Source: Bacteroidota bacterium (GTDB taxonomy: Bacteria; Bacteroidota; Bacteroidia; 2-12-FULL-35-15). Taken from it: a stretch of 63,953 nucleotides of DNA. The stretch's first letter is position 1. Each line of letters begins with the position of its first letter. Where the stretch lies: the NCBI GenBank assembly GCA_025363555.1, contig JANYDQ010000024.1, forward strand, positions 1 through 63,953, in the 5' to 3' direction. The notes below the pieces were generated by a model. It did not search any database. It saw only the letters and a list, made by a program, of their open reading frames with translations, and was not told the origin of the DNA. This document shows, one piece after another, positions 9,392 through 18,066 of the stretch. A program made the translations under genes and the position numbers.

Positions 9392-11218
9392 ATGAAATAC
9401 TATGTAATGAGAAAATACTTTACTAAACTTAAGTCTCCGTTTTTCATCACTTTAATTTTAATTTCCTTTACGCTTATTTTTTCTGATTATCATTTCAGAT
9501 GGAAAAATGAACAGTGGAAAGGCGCTGTTAATACTGACGCATACTTTTATTATCACTATTTGCCTTCCGTCTTTATAACTCATCATTTAGATACTCCCGA
9601 GCAAAATTCCAAGACGATAAAATATTTTATTGGAACTGCTATTTTTGAAGCACCATTTTTCGCACTTGCCTGTTTTTTTAGTTTTCTACTGCATTATCCG
9701 ATAGACGGGTATTCTATTTTGTTTCCCTTTTTTATTTCTTTAGCCACTTTATTTTATTTGCTGTGGGGATTGTATTTCTTTGGTAAATTTTTACGATTTT
9801 ATTTTATCCCCGAATGGATAATTTGTGTTGCTACTTTTGCTTTGGCATTTTGCACCAATATTTTTTACAATACTGTTGTTGCGCCCGGATGGTGTCATAT
9901 TATAGCTTTTGGACTTGTTTGCTTTTTATTATATCATATTAAAAAACTGTTTGTATGGTTTAATACAAGAAGTTTGCTATTCATTATTGCAACTACTTCT
10001 TTTTTGTTTTTTGTTCGCCCCACTGATGTCCTTATTTTATTAATTGCTCCGTTTCTTGCAGAAGGAAAAACCAATCTAAGAGAAACATTAAAAAATATTA
10101 TTGCTAAAAAAAGAACAATTGGCATTGGATTATTAATTGCTACAATTCCTTTGTTGTGTCAAATTTTGATTTATAAAGTAAGTACCGGTCATTTTTTTGT
10201 TTGGTCTTATACGGGCGAAGGATTTCATTTTCTAAACCCTGAAATTAAAAATGTTTTGTTTAGTTATTCGAAAGGTCTGTTTGTTTATACACCCATTTGT
10301 TTTCTTTCGCTGTTTGGATTAATTGGTGTGCATAAAATAAACCGGTTTTTGTTTTCAGGAATTATTATTACCCTGGCAATAAATGCTTATGTTATTTCTT
10401 CGTGGTGGTGCTGGAATTTCGGATATAGTTTTGGAGCGAGAGCTTTTATAGAGCAATTTCCAATTTATTTTCTTCTTTTTGCCTTTTTGCTTACTACCAT
10501 AAATAAAAAGATTTTAAAAATTTCAATATTTTCCGTTATTATGTTATTGGCATTCCTGAATTTATTTCAAACTTACCAGGCGGAGCGAGGAATTTTGGAT
10601 AAAGATTTTAAAACAAATGCCAAAGGCTATTGGAATGTGTTTTTGAAAACGCGAGGTTGCAGCGAGAAATATTTTCGGTTTCCAGTCGATTCAAGTAAAA
10701 GTAATATGGAAAGAGAAATGGTTTGGTTTAATGATATGGAGAAAAAGGATGATACCTGGATTAACCAACCTACTATTACAAATGAAAACGTACACTCGGG
10801 AAAATATTCGAGTAAGGTAAACAGTCAAAGTAATTATAGTGTCGGGTTAATTAAAAAGATAAATGAAATTCCTTTTTCAAAAAATGTTTTGATAAGAGTT
10901 AGTGGATGGTTTTGTTTGACAGGAAAAGGAAGTAATTCGTTTTTCGCCATTAATTTTGCTAAAGGCGGGAAAGGAATCAACTTTAATACTTTTTTTCTGG
11001 ATGAGAGAATGGAAGAATATGGTAAGTGGGAATATCAAACCTTTGAAATGTATATGCCCAATTTGAATTACTATAAAACCAATTTGGCAGATACTCAAAT
11101 AGAGTTTTATTGTTTTAATAATTCCGAAGTCAATTGTTTTGTTGATGATTTGGACATTGAGATTATTGAATATAAAAAACTGGAACGGCTATTAGATATT
11201 TCGTGGGCAGTTCATTAA
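9392..11218 (+). CDS. polytopic membrane protein, GT-C-like (group A paralogue) with C-terminal jelly-roll/CBM-like domain
   Basis: About 12 hydrophobic spans with an acidic first loop (TDAYFYYHYLPSVF). Motifs are shared with 18067 and 23150 (FVWSYTGEGFHFLNPEIKNVLFSYSKGLFVYTP; SSWWCWNFGYSFGARAF). The C-terminal roughly 165 aa are soluble (VHSGKYSSKV ... CFVDDLDIEI). The ORF-track start at 9347 is TTG; the first ATG is 9392. Confidence 0.6.
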   Translation: MKYYVMRKYFTKLKSPFFITLILISFTLIFSDYHFRWKNEQWKGAVNTDAYFYYHYLPSVFITHHLDTPEQNSKTIKYFIGTAIFEAPFFALACFFSFLLHYPIDGYSILFPFFISLATLFYLLWGLYFFGKFLRFYFIPEWIICVATFALAFCTNIFYNTVVAPGWCHIIAFGLVCFLLYHIKKLFVWFNTRSLLFIIATTSFLFFVRPTDVLILLIAPFLAEGKTNLRETLKNIIAKKRTIGIGLLIATIPLLCQILIYKVSTGHFFVWSYTGEGFHFLNPEIKNVLFSYSKGLFVYTPICFLSLFGLIGVHKINRFLFSGIIITLAINAYVISSWWCWNFGYSFGARAFIEQFPIYFLLFAFLLTTINKKILKISIFSVIMLLAFLNLFQTYQAERGILDKDFKTNAKGYWNVFLKTRGCSEKYFRFPVDSSKSNMEREMVWFNDMEKKDDTWINQPTITNENVHSGKYSSKVNSQSNYSVGLIKKINEIPFSKNVLIRVSGWFCLTGKGSNSFFAINFAKGGKGINFNTFFLDERMEEYGKWEYQTFEMYMPNLNYYKTNLADTQIEFYCFNNSEVNCFVDDLDIEIIEYKKLERLLDISWAVH

Positions 11219-11254
11219 TATAGTTCAATAATTCTTTTCAATTTATTTATTAAA

Positions 11255-13345
11255 ATGCAATTATCGTTTATTAATAATATTTGCAGTCGAACAGACAAGA
11301 ACAAAAGCCTGATTGTTCTGTTATTTTTTATTGTCTTTTTATTTGTCGGCTTATCAATTTATAAAGATTACGGCTTATCCTGGGACGAGGGTACACAGCG
11401 CTCATCAAACGGGTATGTTAATTACAATTTTATTAGATATTATGCCAAAGATCCACTTTTAAACGGATTAGACAAATATCACGGACCCGCCTTTGAACTT
11501 GTTCTTGTTATTGTTGAGAAAATTTTCCATCTTTCCGATACCCGTGAAATTTATTTTATGCGGCACCTCCTTACATTTCTTGTGTTCTTCATTTCCTCTC
11601 TGTTTTTTTATTTACTTGCTTTAAAATTATTTAAAAATTGGAAGCTTGCATTCATCGGGGTTTTGCTATATGTGCTAAGTCCCCATATTTTTTCTCATGC
11701 TTTTTATAATTCAAAAGATTCGATTCTGCTTTCGTTTTTTACCATCAGTATTTATTTACTGATTATGTTTCATGAACGGCAAACTTATTTTTTAGCATTT
11801 ATGTATTCATTTGTGGCTGCCTTCACCATTGATGTAAGAATAGTGGGGATTGTTTTACCTGCCATTTCTTTTCTGTTGCTATTAATTGAACTTGTAACTG
11901 CAATTTGCAATAAAAGAAAACCTGAAATTAATGGTAGTGTGCTGCTGTTTTTTTTATTGCTAATTGCTTTTATCATTTTATTTTGGCCTGTTTTGTGGTT
12001 AAATCCTGTTCATCATTTTCTGGAAGCATTAAAAGAAAACAGCAACTATTATTGGAATTACAAAATTCTTTACTTCGGAAAATATACGTCAGCGCATGAC
12101 TTACCCTGGCATTATTTAATTTTCTGGATTTTTGTTTCTACTCCTGTGATATACTCCGTTTTGTTTCTTACGGGCGCGATATTTTATTGCCAACTGTTTT
12201 TTGTGAAGCCATTTCAATTTGTAAAAGAAAAGAAAAACGAAATGGTAATTTTTATTTGGTTTTCTCTTCCATTAGCGGCAATTGTTTTATTCAAAAGTGT
12301 TGCTTTTGATACCGGACGGCACATGTATTTTATTCATGGAGCATTTATTTTAATTGCAGTTGGTGGCGTTCAAACATTTTATTCGTTGTTTAGAAAAAGA
12401 AAAACGTTTCTTTACTTTTTTAATATTGTCTTGATTTGTTCTTTTGCTGGTGTCATTTATAAAATGATTATAATTCATCCATACGAGCAGTTGTATTTTA
12501 ATGAAGCAATGGGTACTGACATGAATAAAATCAGTACTAACTTTGAAATGGATTACTGGGGCTTGGCTGCCAGGGAAGTTTTAGAAAACATTTTAGCAAA
12601 AGATTCATCATCCAAAATAACACTTTATTCAGAAAATTTTCCTGGAGAATTAAATGCTCAAATTTTATTACCTCTTCAAAGAAAAAGAATTGTTTATACA
12701 AACATTATTGAAAAAGCAAAATACTATATGGCGGATTACAGATGGATTAGAAAGGGGGGATACCCTTATAGTAAAGAGTATTATTCAGCCACTCTTGGTA
12801 ATGCATGTCTTTATACAGCGTTTGTTGTGCGACAAAAAGGAGAAGGATATTCAAAAACGCGAGGCAAAGAACTTATCACTTCGGTTGCTGATTTTGAGAA
12901 TAAGAAAGAGAACAACTGGACGTTCGATAGAATTACAAAACCAAATTCAGCGGCTCACTCGGGTATGTTTTCAACATTCGTGGATAGTGCAAATGAATAT
13001 AGCAATATGTATATATTGCCGACAACCGAAATACTGTTAAATAAAAAAAATGTTGTTCTAAAAACTTCTTTTTGGAAATATGAAACGAAGTCGGGTTCTG
13101 ATGCTAAATTTGTGGTTAGTATTGAATCCAAAAATGGAACATCTTATTTTTGGCAAACCATTAATGAAATATGTACAAAAGAAAAAACATCGGAGTTTGG
13201 ATGGGAAAAAATAACGGGCGAGGTTGATTTACCTGAAATACGATCAAATGGAGATATAATAAAAGTCTATTTGTGGAATGTTGGCAAAAAGCAAATTTTT
13301 ATGGATGATGTGGAAATTCATTTTGTTCAGGAAGCTTATAATTAG
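11255..13345 (+). CDS. GT39/ArnT-PMT_2-like membrane glycosyltransferase (group B) with C-terminal jelly-roll/CBM-like domain
   Basis: First-loop LSWDEGT, then YHGPAFE, and many TM spans. C-terminal AHSGMFSTFV ... KVYLWNVGKKQIFMDDVEIHF. Confidence 0.6.
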   Translation: MQLSFINNICSRTDKNKSLIVLLFFIVFLFVGLSIYKDYGLSWDEGTQRSSNGYVNYNFIRYYAKDPLLNGLDKYHGPAFELVLVIVEKIFHLSDTREIYFMRHLLTFLVFFISSLFFYLLALKLFKNWKLAFIGVLLYVLSPHIFSHAFYNSKDSILLSFFTISIYLLIMFHERQTYFLAFMYSFVAAFTIDVRIVGIVLPAISFLLLLIELVTAICNKRKPEINGSVLLFFLLLIAFIILFWPVLWLNPVHHFLEALKENSNYYWNYKILYFGKYTSAHDLPWHYLIFWIFVSTPVIYSVLFLTGAIFYCQLFFVKPFQFVKEKKNEMVIFIWFSLPLAAIVLFKSVAFDTGRHMYFIHGAFILIAVGGVQTFYSLFRKRKTFLYFFNIVLICSFAGVIYKMIIIHPYEQLYFNEAMGTDMNKISTNFEMDYWGLAAREVLENILAKDSSSKITLYSENFPGELNAQILLPLQRKRIVYTNIIEKAKYYMADYRWIRKGGYPYSKEYYSATLGNACLYTAFVVRQKGEGYSKTRGKELITSVADFENKKENNWTFDRITKPNSAAHSGMFSTFVDSANEYSNMYILPTTEILLNKKNVVLKTSFWKYETKSGSDAKFVVSIESKNGTSYFWQTINEICTKEKTSEFGWEKITGEVDLPEIRSNGDIIKVYLWNVGKKQIFMDDVEIHFVQEAYN

Positions 13346-13443
13346 AAAATGATTCATTGATTTTTCTGTTTTCTTCAAATCATTTTTCTATTTTTGACGA
13401 TAAACAATTATTTAACTGATTTAATCTTTATAAATATTACATA

Positions 13444-14163
13444 ATGTCAATATCCAAATTATCTATCATTATTCCTGCTTATAACGAAGCGGCTACTATT
13501 CATTTTATTTTAAATAAAGTAATTGCAGTTAAATTAATTAATGATATTGAAAAAGAAATTATTATTGTGAACGATTGCTCGAAAGACAAAACACAGGAAG
13601 TGATTGAAACATATATCAAAGAACACGGTGAGTTTAATATCCGGTTGTTTAACCAGGAATATAATCAAGGGAAAGGTGCTGCGCTGCACAAAGGAATTTC
13701 TCTGGCTACAGGAGAATATTTGATAATACAAGATGCCGATTTGGAATACGACCCGGAAGAATATAATATATTGTTAAAGCCAATAATTAATGATTTTGCA
13801 GATGTGGTGTATGGTTCCCGCTTTATGGGAGGAAAGCCACATCGTATTTTATTTTTCTGGCATACATTAGGAAATAAGTTTCTTACTAATCTTTCCAACA
13901 TGTTTACCAATCTGAACTTATCTGATATGGAAACATGTTATAAATTATTTAAAACCGAAATTATACAAAGCATCAAACTAAAAGAAAACCGTTTTGGTTT
14001 TGAACCCGAAGTAACTGCCAAAATTTCCCGTGTTCCTAAAATAAGAATTTACGAAGTTGGTATTTCTTATTATGGACGAACTTATGAAGAAGGAAAAAAG
14101 ATAGGATGGAAAGATGGTTTCAGAGCTATGTGGTGTATATTGAAATATAATCTTTTTTCATAA
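13444..14163 (+). CDS. family 2 glycosyltransferase, polyprenol-phosphate sugar synthase type (DPM1/GtrB/ArnC-like)
   Basis: [42 protein letters not shown] (DXD), and YGSRF.. in a 239-aa soluble protein. Confidence 0.75.
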   Translation: MSISKLSIIIPAYNEAATIHFILNKVIAVKLINDIEKEIIIVNDCSKDKTQEVIETYIKEHGEFNIRLFNQEYNQGKGAALHKGISLATGEYLIIQDADLEYDPEEYNILLKPIINDFADVVYGSRFMGGKPHRILFFWHTLGNKFLTNLSNMFTNLNLSDMETCYKLFKTEIIQSIKLKENRFGFEPEVTAKISRVPKIRIYEVGISYYGRTYEEGKKIGWKDGFRAMWCILKYNLFS

Positions 14164-14178
14164 CTATTTTTTCAACTT

Positions 14179-16176
14179 GTGAAAACCCTTAATAATATTG
14201 AAAAAGCATTTGGGTACATAAGTACTAATGTTTGGCTACTACTTTTTGTTATAGCCAATTTTCTTCTTAAAACCTTTCAAATTTCTTCCCAGAGTTTGTA
14301 CGGAGATGAGCCCTATAGTATATTCTGCGCTCAACAATCTATAAATGATTTAATCCCCGTTTTTTTAACAGACCAAAATCCACCTTTACATATTTCTTTA
14401 TTACATGTCTGGATGAATCATTTTGGAATTACAGATGTTTCAGCTAAAATGTTATCTGTTACCTGTAGTGTTTTAGCAAGTGGAATTTTGTTTTTGTTTG
14501 CAAATAAATTTATAGATAAAACAACTGCCATTTTTGTTTCTTTTCTTTTTTTGTTTTCTAATTCACAGCAATACTTTGCTACTGAAGTACGTCCTTATGC
14601 ATTAATTCAACTTTTGTGTATTTCCTCTTTTTATATTTATTATTTACTGCTTATTAATCCGAAATTAAAACACCTCTTCTTTTTATTTATTATAAATCTC
14701 CTGTTAATTTTCACTCACTATCTTACCATTTTTGCCTTTGTTGTTCAGTTTTTAGGTATATTATTTTATTTCAGAAAAAACAGGAAAACGGTTATTTATT
14801 ACTTTATCAGCCAGGTAATGGTGATACTCGTATTACTCCCCTGGCTAAAAATTGCTTTTTCAAATATTCCCAAAAATGGGGCGTTCTGGAATACAATACC
14901 GAACTATTTTGCCTTCAGATGGCATGTTAATATTTTATTAGGAAATGAAGTATTGTATTATGTATTTAACGGGATAGTAATTTGTTCTGTATGTTTATTT
15001 CTGTTGAACAAAAAAATTAATGTATTTAATAAAATTTTTAATTGGAGGTATTATTTAATTTTTCTTCTGCTGTATATTTTACCAATACTATTGAATTTTA
15101 TTGTTGCCCAATATTCGCCCGTATTTACAACCCGGTATTTTCTTTATTCATTATTCGGTTTGTTTTTATTTGTTGCGTATTCTTTTAGTAGCTTAAACAT
15201 TCATTCTGTATTTAAAACTATTTTATTTTTACCGTTCCTTTATCTCCTGTTTACGTCATTTCTTGTGGTCCAGGAACGGCAGGACGATTGGAAACATATA
15301 GTTCCGGACATAGTAAAACTTAAAAAGCCTAATACTTTAGTTTATATATCTGCATCTTATAAATATAAAGACTTTTCGTTTTATTATGACATTGATGCCT
15401 TTAAAGATTATCAGCATACTATTGACCGTCTTGCCAAAGAACATGTTTTTGTTACCCCAATCAATGAATCGAAAGGGTGGGAAAAATTAAATTTCAACTT
15501 AATTCAAAATGTTATTTATGTACAGGCACATAGCCAGTTTGAAGATTCGTTAAATCAAATAAAACCTTATATCGTAAATAAAGGATTTACCGAATGCAAT
15601 CATTTTCAAAAAGGCGGAATACAATATACTGTATTTATTCGCGATACTATGGAATGTTATTCGGCAAAAATAACATCAGAAAATACAAGTGTCGGTTGTG
15701 ATTTATTAGAGCATTATAGTGGCATACATGAAACGACTGATTCTGTTGAAATTTACAAAACCTCTTTTGAGTATCCCGAAAATTGCCCGGCTTACCAGGG
15801 AATAACTGACAAGATAAAATATACAGGAAACCATTCTTTCAGAATAAATGAAGCAAATCAATTTGAATTAGGATTAATAAAACCTAAACATGATTTATTG
15901 AAAAACAAAAAGAATATAAATGTAGCCGCCTATGTTAATGTGGAGGAGGGAAACGATGGTTGGTTAATTGTTTCGGTGGAGAAAGGGCCCCTTACTTTAT
16001 TCAGAAATAATATCTATCTGAAGGAAAGTATTAAAGTATATAATAAATGGCAGAAAATAACTTTGAGTTCTCTTATTCCTGATGATGTACCGGATGATGC
16101 CGTAGTAAAAATATATTTCTGGAACCCGGGGAAGAAAAATATTTTTGTTGATGATTTTTCAATCCAGGTTTTTTAA
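14179..16176 (+). CDS. GT39/ArnT-PMT_2-like membrane glycosyltransferase (group B) with C-terminal jelly-roll/CBM-like domain
   Basis: First-loop YGDEPYS and multi-span topology. The C-terminus KIYFWNPGKKNIFVDDFSIQVF matches 11255 and 9392. It uses a GTG start, with no in-frame ATG near the N-terminus. Confidence 0.6.
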   Translation: MKTLNNIEKAFGYISTNVWLLLFVIANFLLKTFQISSQSLYGDEPYSIFCAQQSINDLIPVFLTDQNPPLHISLLHVWMNHFGITDVSAKMLSVTCSVLASGILFLFANKFIDKTTAIFVSFLFLFSNSQQYFATEVRPYALIQLLCISSFYIYYLLLINPKLKHLFFLFIINLLLIFTHYLTIFAFVVQFLGILFYFRKNRKTVIYYFISQVMVILVLLPWLKIAFSNIPKNGAFWNTIPNYFAFRWHVNILLGNEVLYYVFNGIVICSVCLFLLNKKINVFNKIFNWRYYLIFLLLYILPILLNFIVAQYSPVFTTRYFLYSLFGLFLFVAYSFSSLNIHSVFKTILFLPFLYLLFTSFLVVQERQDDWKHIVPDIVKLKKPNTLVYISASYKYKDFSFYYDIDAFKDYQHTIDRLAKEHVFVTPINESKGWEKLNFNLIQNVIYVQAHSQFEDSLNQIKPYIVNKGFTECNHFQKGGIQYTVFIRDTMECYSAKITSENTSVGCDLLEHYSGIHETTDSVEIYKTSFEYPENCPAYQGITDKIKYTGNHSFRINEANQFELGLIKPKHDLLKNKKNINVAAYVNVEEGNDGWLIVSVEKGPLTLFRNNIYLKESIKVYNKWQKITLSSLIPDDVPDDAVVKIYFWNPGKKNIFVDDFSIQVF

Positions 16177-16212
16177 CTGTCAGGAAAAATAATTCGTTTT
16201 AATTATATAATT

Positions 16213-18021
16213 ATGAAAAAAATATTCTGGACATTATTAGGAACTCTTTTGCTTATTGGTGCAGCCCTTTATAATCAATTTCCGTTAGTAACTTCCGATA
16301 GTGGTACATATATTTTAAGCGGGTTTAAATTTTTTATTCCTGCCGACCGACCTATTGTTTATGGTTTATTTGTTCGCCATTCCAGCTTAGCTGTAAGTTT
16401 ATGGTTTACCATTATTTTTCAATCGCTTATTCTTTCTTATTTACTTTGGCTTACTTTAAATGAATTTGCAAATTCATATGTAGGAAGAACAGGAAAGTTT
16501 TTTATTATTACTTTTCTTGTTTTGTTTACAGGCATAAGCTGGTATTCGAGCCAAATAATGCCCGATGTTTTTACTTGTATTGGTATTCTTGCTTTCGCTT
16601 TACTTTTATTGTCCGAAAGCTCTTTAGGGAAAATAGTTCTTCTATCTGTATTTTTTGTGGGAGCCGCATTAATGCACAATTCTAATAGTGTTATCTTTTC
16701 TTTATTATTAATACTTGTATTGCCATTTGCTATTACTACCAAATTATTTCAAAACAAAATAATTAAAACGCGAAGATTTGTTTTGGTTTTAATTTTAATA
16801 ATTAGTGCATGGCTATTAGCCCCAACCATTAACTATTCTATAAAAGGAGAATTTAAAACTGCAGGCAATCCGCATGCTTTTTTAATGGCTAAATTTATAG
16901 AGAATGGCGCTGTTGACCATTATTTGAATGACGTTTGTGATAGCAGCTTAATAACTTCTATACCCGATTCGGGCTTATATTTAATTAGTCCGAAACATAG
17001 TGAAAAATTTATTGACGTGGAAGGGTTCAGCAAAGCCAATGGAGCGATTATACATCAATGGGATTATTTAGGAACAGAAAACCAACAATTTTATATTATT
17101 AAAGTGTCGAAAGGATATTATAAAATTATTTCTAAAAACAGTAACAAGTGCATAGAGGTTTCAGAAAAAGATACAACCAGTTTAGGCGCACCCCTCATTC
17201 AAAATGATTACAAAGGGAAAGACAATCAGTTATTCAGTTTTAGAAATATAGACAATAAAGATTGCTGGTTTATAGAAAATAAAAAAAGTAAAAAATTACT
17301 GGATATTTCAGGAATAAGCAATGATAACGGTGCAGCCGTTAATCAGTGGAATTTTACAGGAGCAGAAAATCAGCAATTCAGAATTGTAAGATACCCTTAT
17401 TGTTTATGTTTATATAAAGATAAGCTTCCTAATTCGGCTGTTGCCTTTTTATGGGAAAACAATGGTGTGTTTGCTAAAACAGGGGCATGGGCATGGAGTG
17501 AAAATGAATATAAAAAAGTGTTAAGCGACCTTATGTTTTCTCCTAAATATATAGGAATTACTATTGGTGATGCTCTTGTTTCAACTTTGCAACAGTTAAC
17601 ACAAATAGATATTGGAAGCGGGCTTGGAGGATATGACAAAAACAGTTCTCCATACGTAGCAATTGCCAATTGTTTAAAATATGAATTAAAACCTTTTAGC
17701 AATAGCAAGGAAAACAGGTGGGCATTGAATTTTACAGAAATAAATAACAGGAACTTCTGGATTATCGTTTTTTCAATGATTATTATTATTTGCTTCTTCA
17801 AAATTCCATTACTAAGAAAAAGCATCCTGCAACCATTTATAGTATTTATTTATATTTCTTTTTCGGCAATTGTTTGCAATGCATTTGTTACCGGGGCACT
17901 GGCAAATGTTTTAGACCGGTTACAATGTCGCGTGGTTTGGTTTATTCCTATGATTGCGTTGATTTTACTGTGTAATTATTTTATTCCTGTCATTAAAAAG
18001 CATAGATTTTTTAATGAATAA
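16213..18021 (+). CDS. polytopic membrane protein with an internal ricin-B-type beta-trefoil lectin domain
   Basis: TM-rich residues 1-215 and 510-600. The central soluble insert has three (QxW)-like subrepeats: NGAIIHQWDYLGTENQQFYIIKV, GAPLIQNDYKGKDNQLFSFRN and NGAAVNQWNFTGAENQQFRIVR, each preceded by KCIEV/LLDI-type strands. Confidence 0.6.
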   Translation: MKKIFWTLLGTLLLIGAALYNQFPLVTSDSGTYILSGFKFFIPADRPIVYGLFVRHSSLAVSLWFTIIFQSLILSYLLWLTLNEFANSYVGRTGKFFIITFLVLFTGISWYSSQIMPDVFTCIGILAFALLLLSESSLGKIVLLSVFFVGAALMHNSNSVIFSLLLILVLPFAITTKLFQNKIIKTRRFVLVLILIISAWLLAPTINYSIKGEFKTAGNPHAFLMAKFIENGAVDHYLNDVCDSSLITSIPDSGLYLISPKHSEKFIDVEGFSKANGAIIHQWDYLGTENQQFYIIKVSKGYYKIISKNSNKCIEVSEKDTTSLGAPLIQNDYKGKDNQLFSFRNIDNKDCWFIENKKSKKLLDISGISNDNGAAVNQWNFTGAENQQFRIVRYPYCLCLYKDKLPNSAVAFLWENNGVFAKTGAWAWSENEYKKVLSDLMFSPKYIGITIGDALVSTLQQLTQIDIGSGLGGYDKNSSPYVAIANCLKYELKPFSNSKENRWALNFTEINNRNFWIIVFSMIIIICFFKIPLLRKSILQPFIVFIYISFSAIVCNAFVTGALANVLDRLQCRVVWFIPMIALILLCNYFIPVIKKHRFFNE

Positions 18022-18066
18022 TTTTTTATCTGAAGTGAAAACAAAAACAAACTTTACCATTTTTGG

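Noticed and set aside
13346-13443. Possible further phased array (AAATGATT ... AATCATTTT words) between 11255-13345 and the GT2 gene
   Set aside because: The T-tracts are not at a consistent 21-bp spacing and the words are generic for AT-rich DNA. At most it is a weak AT hairpin.
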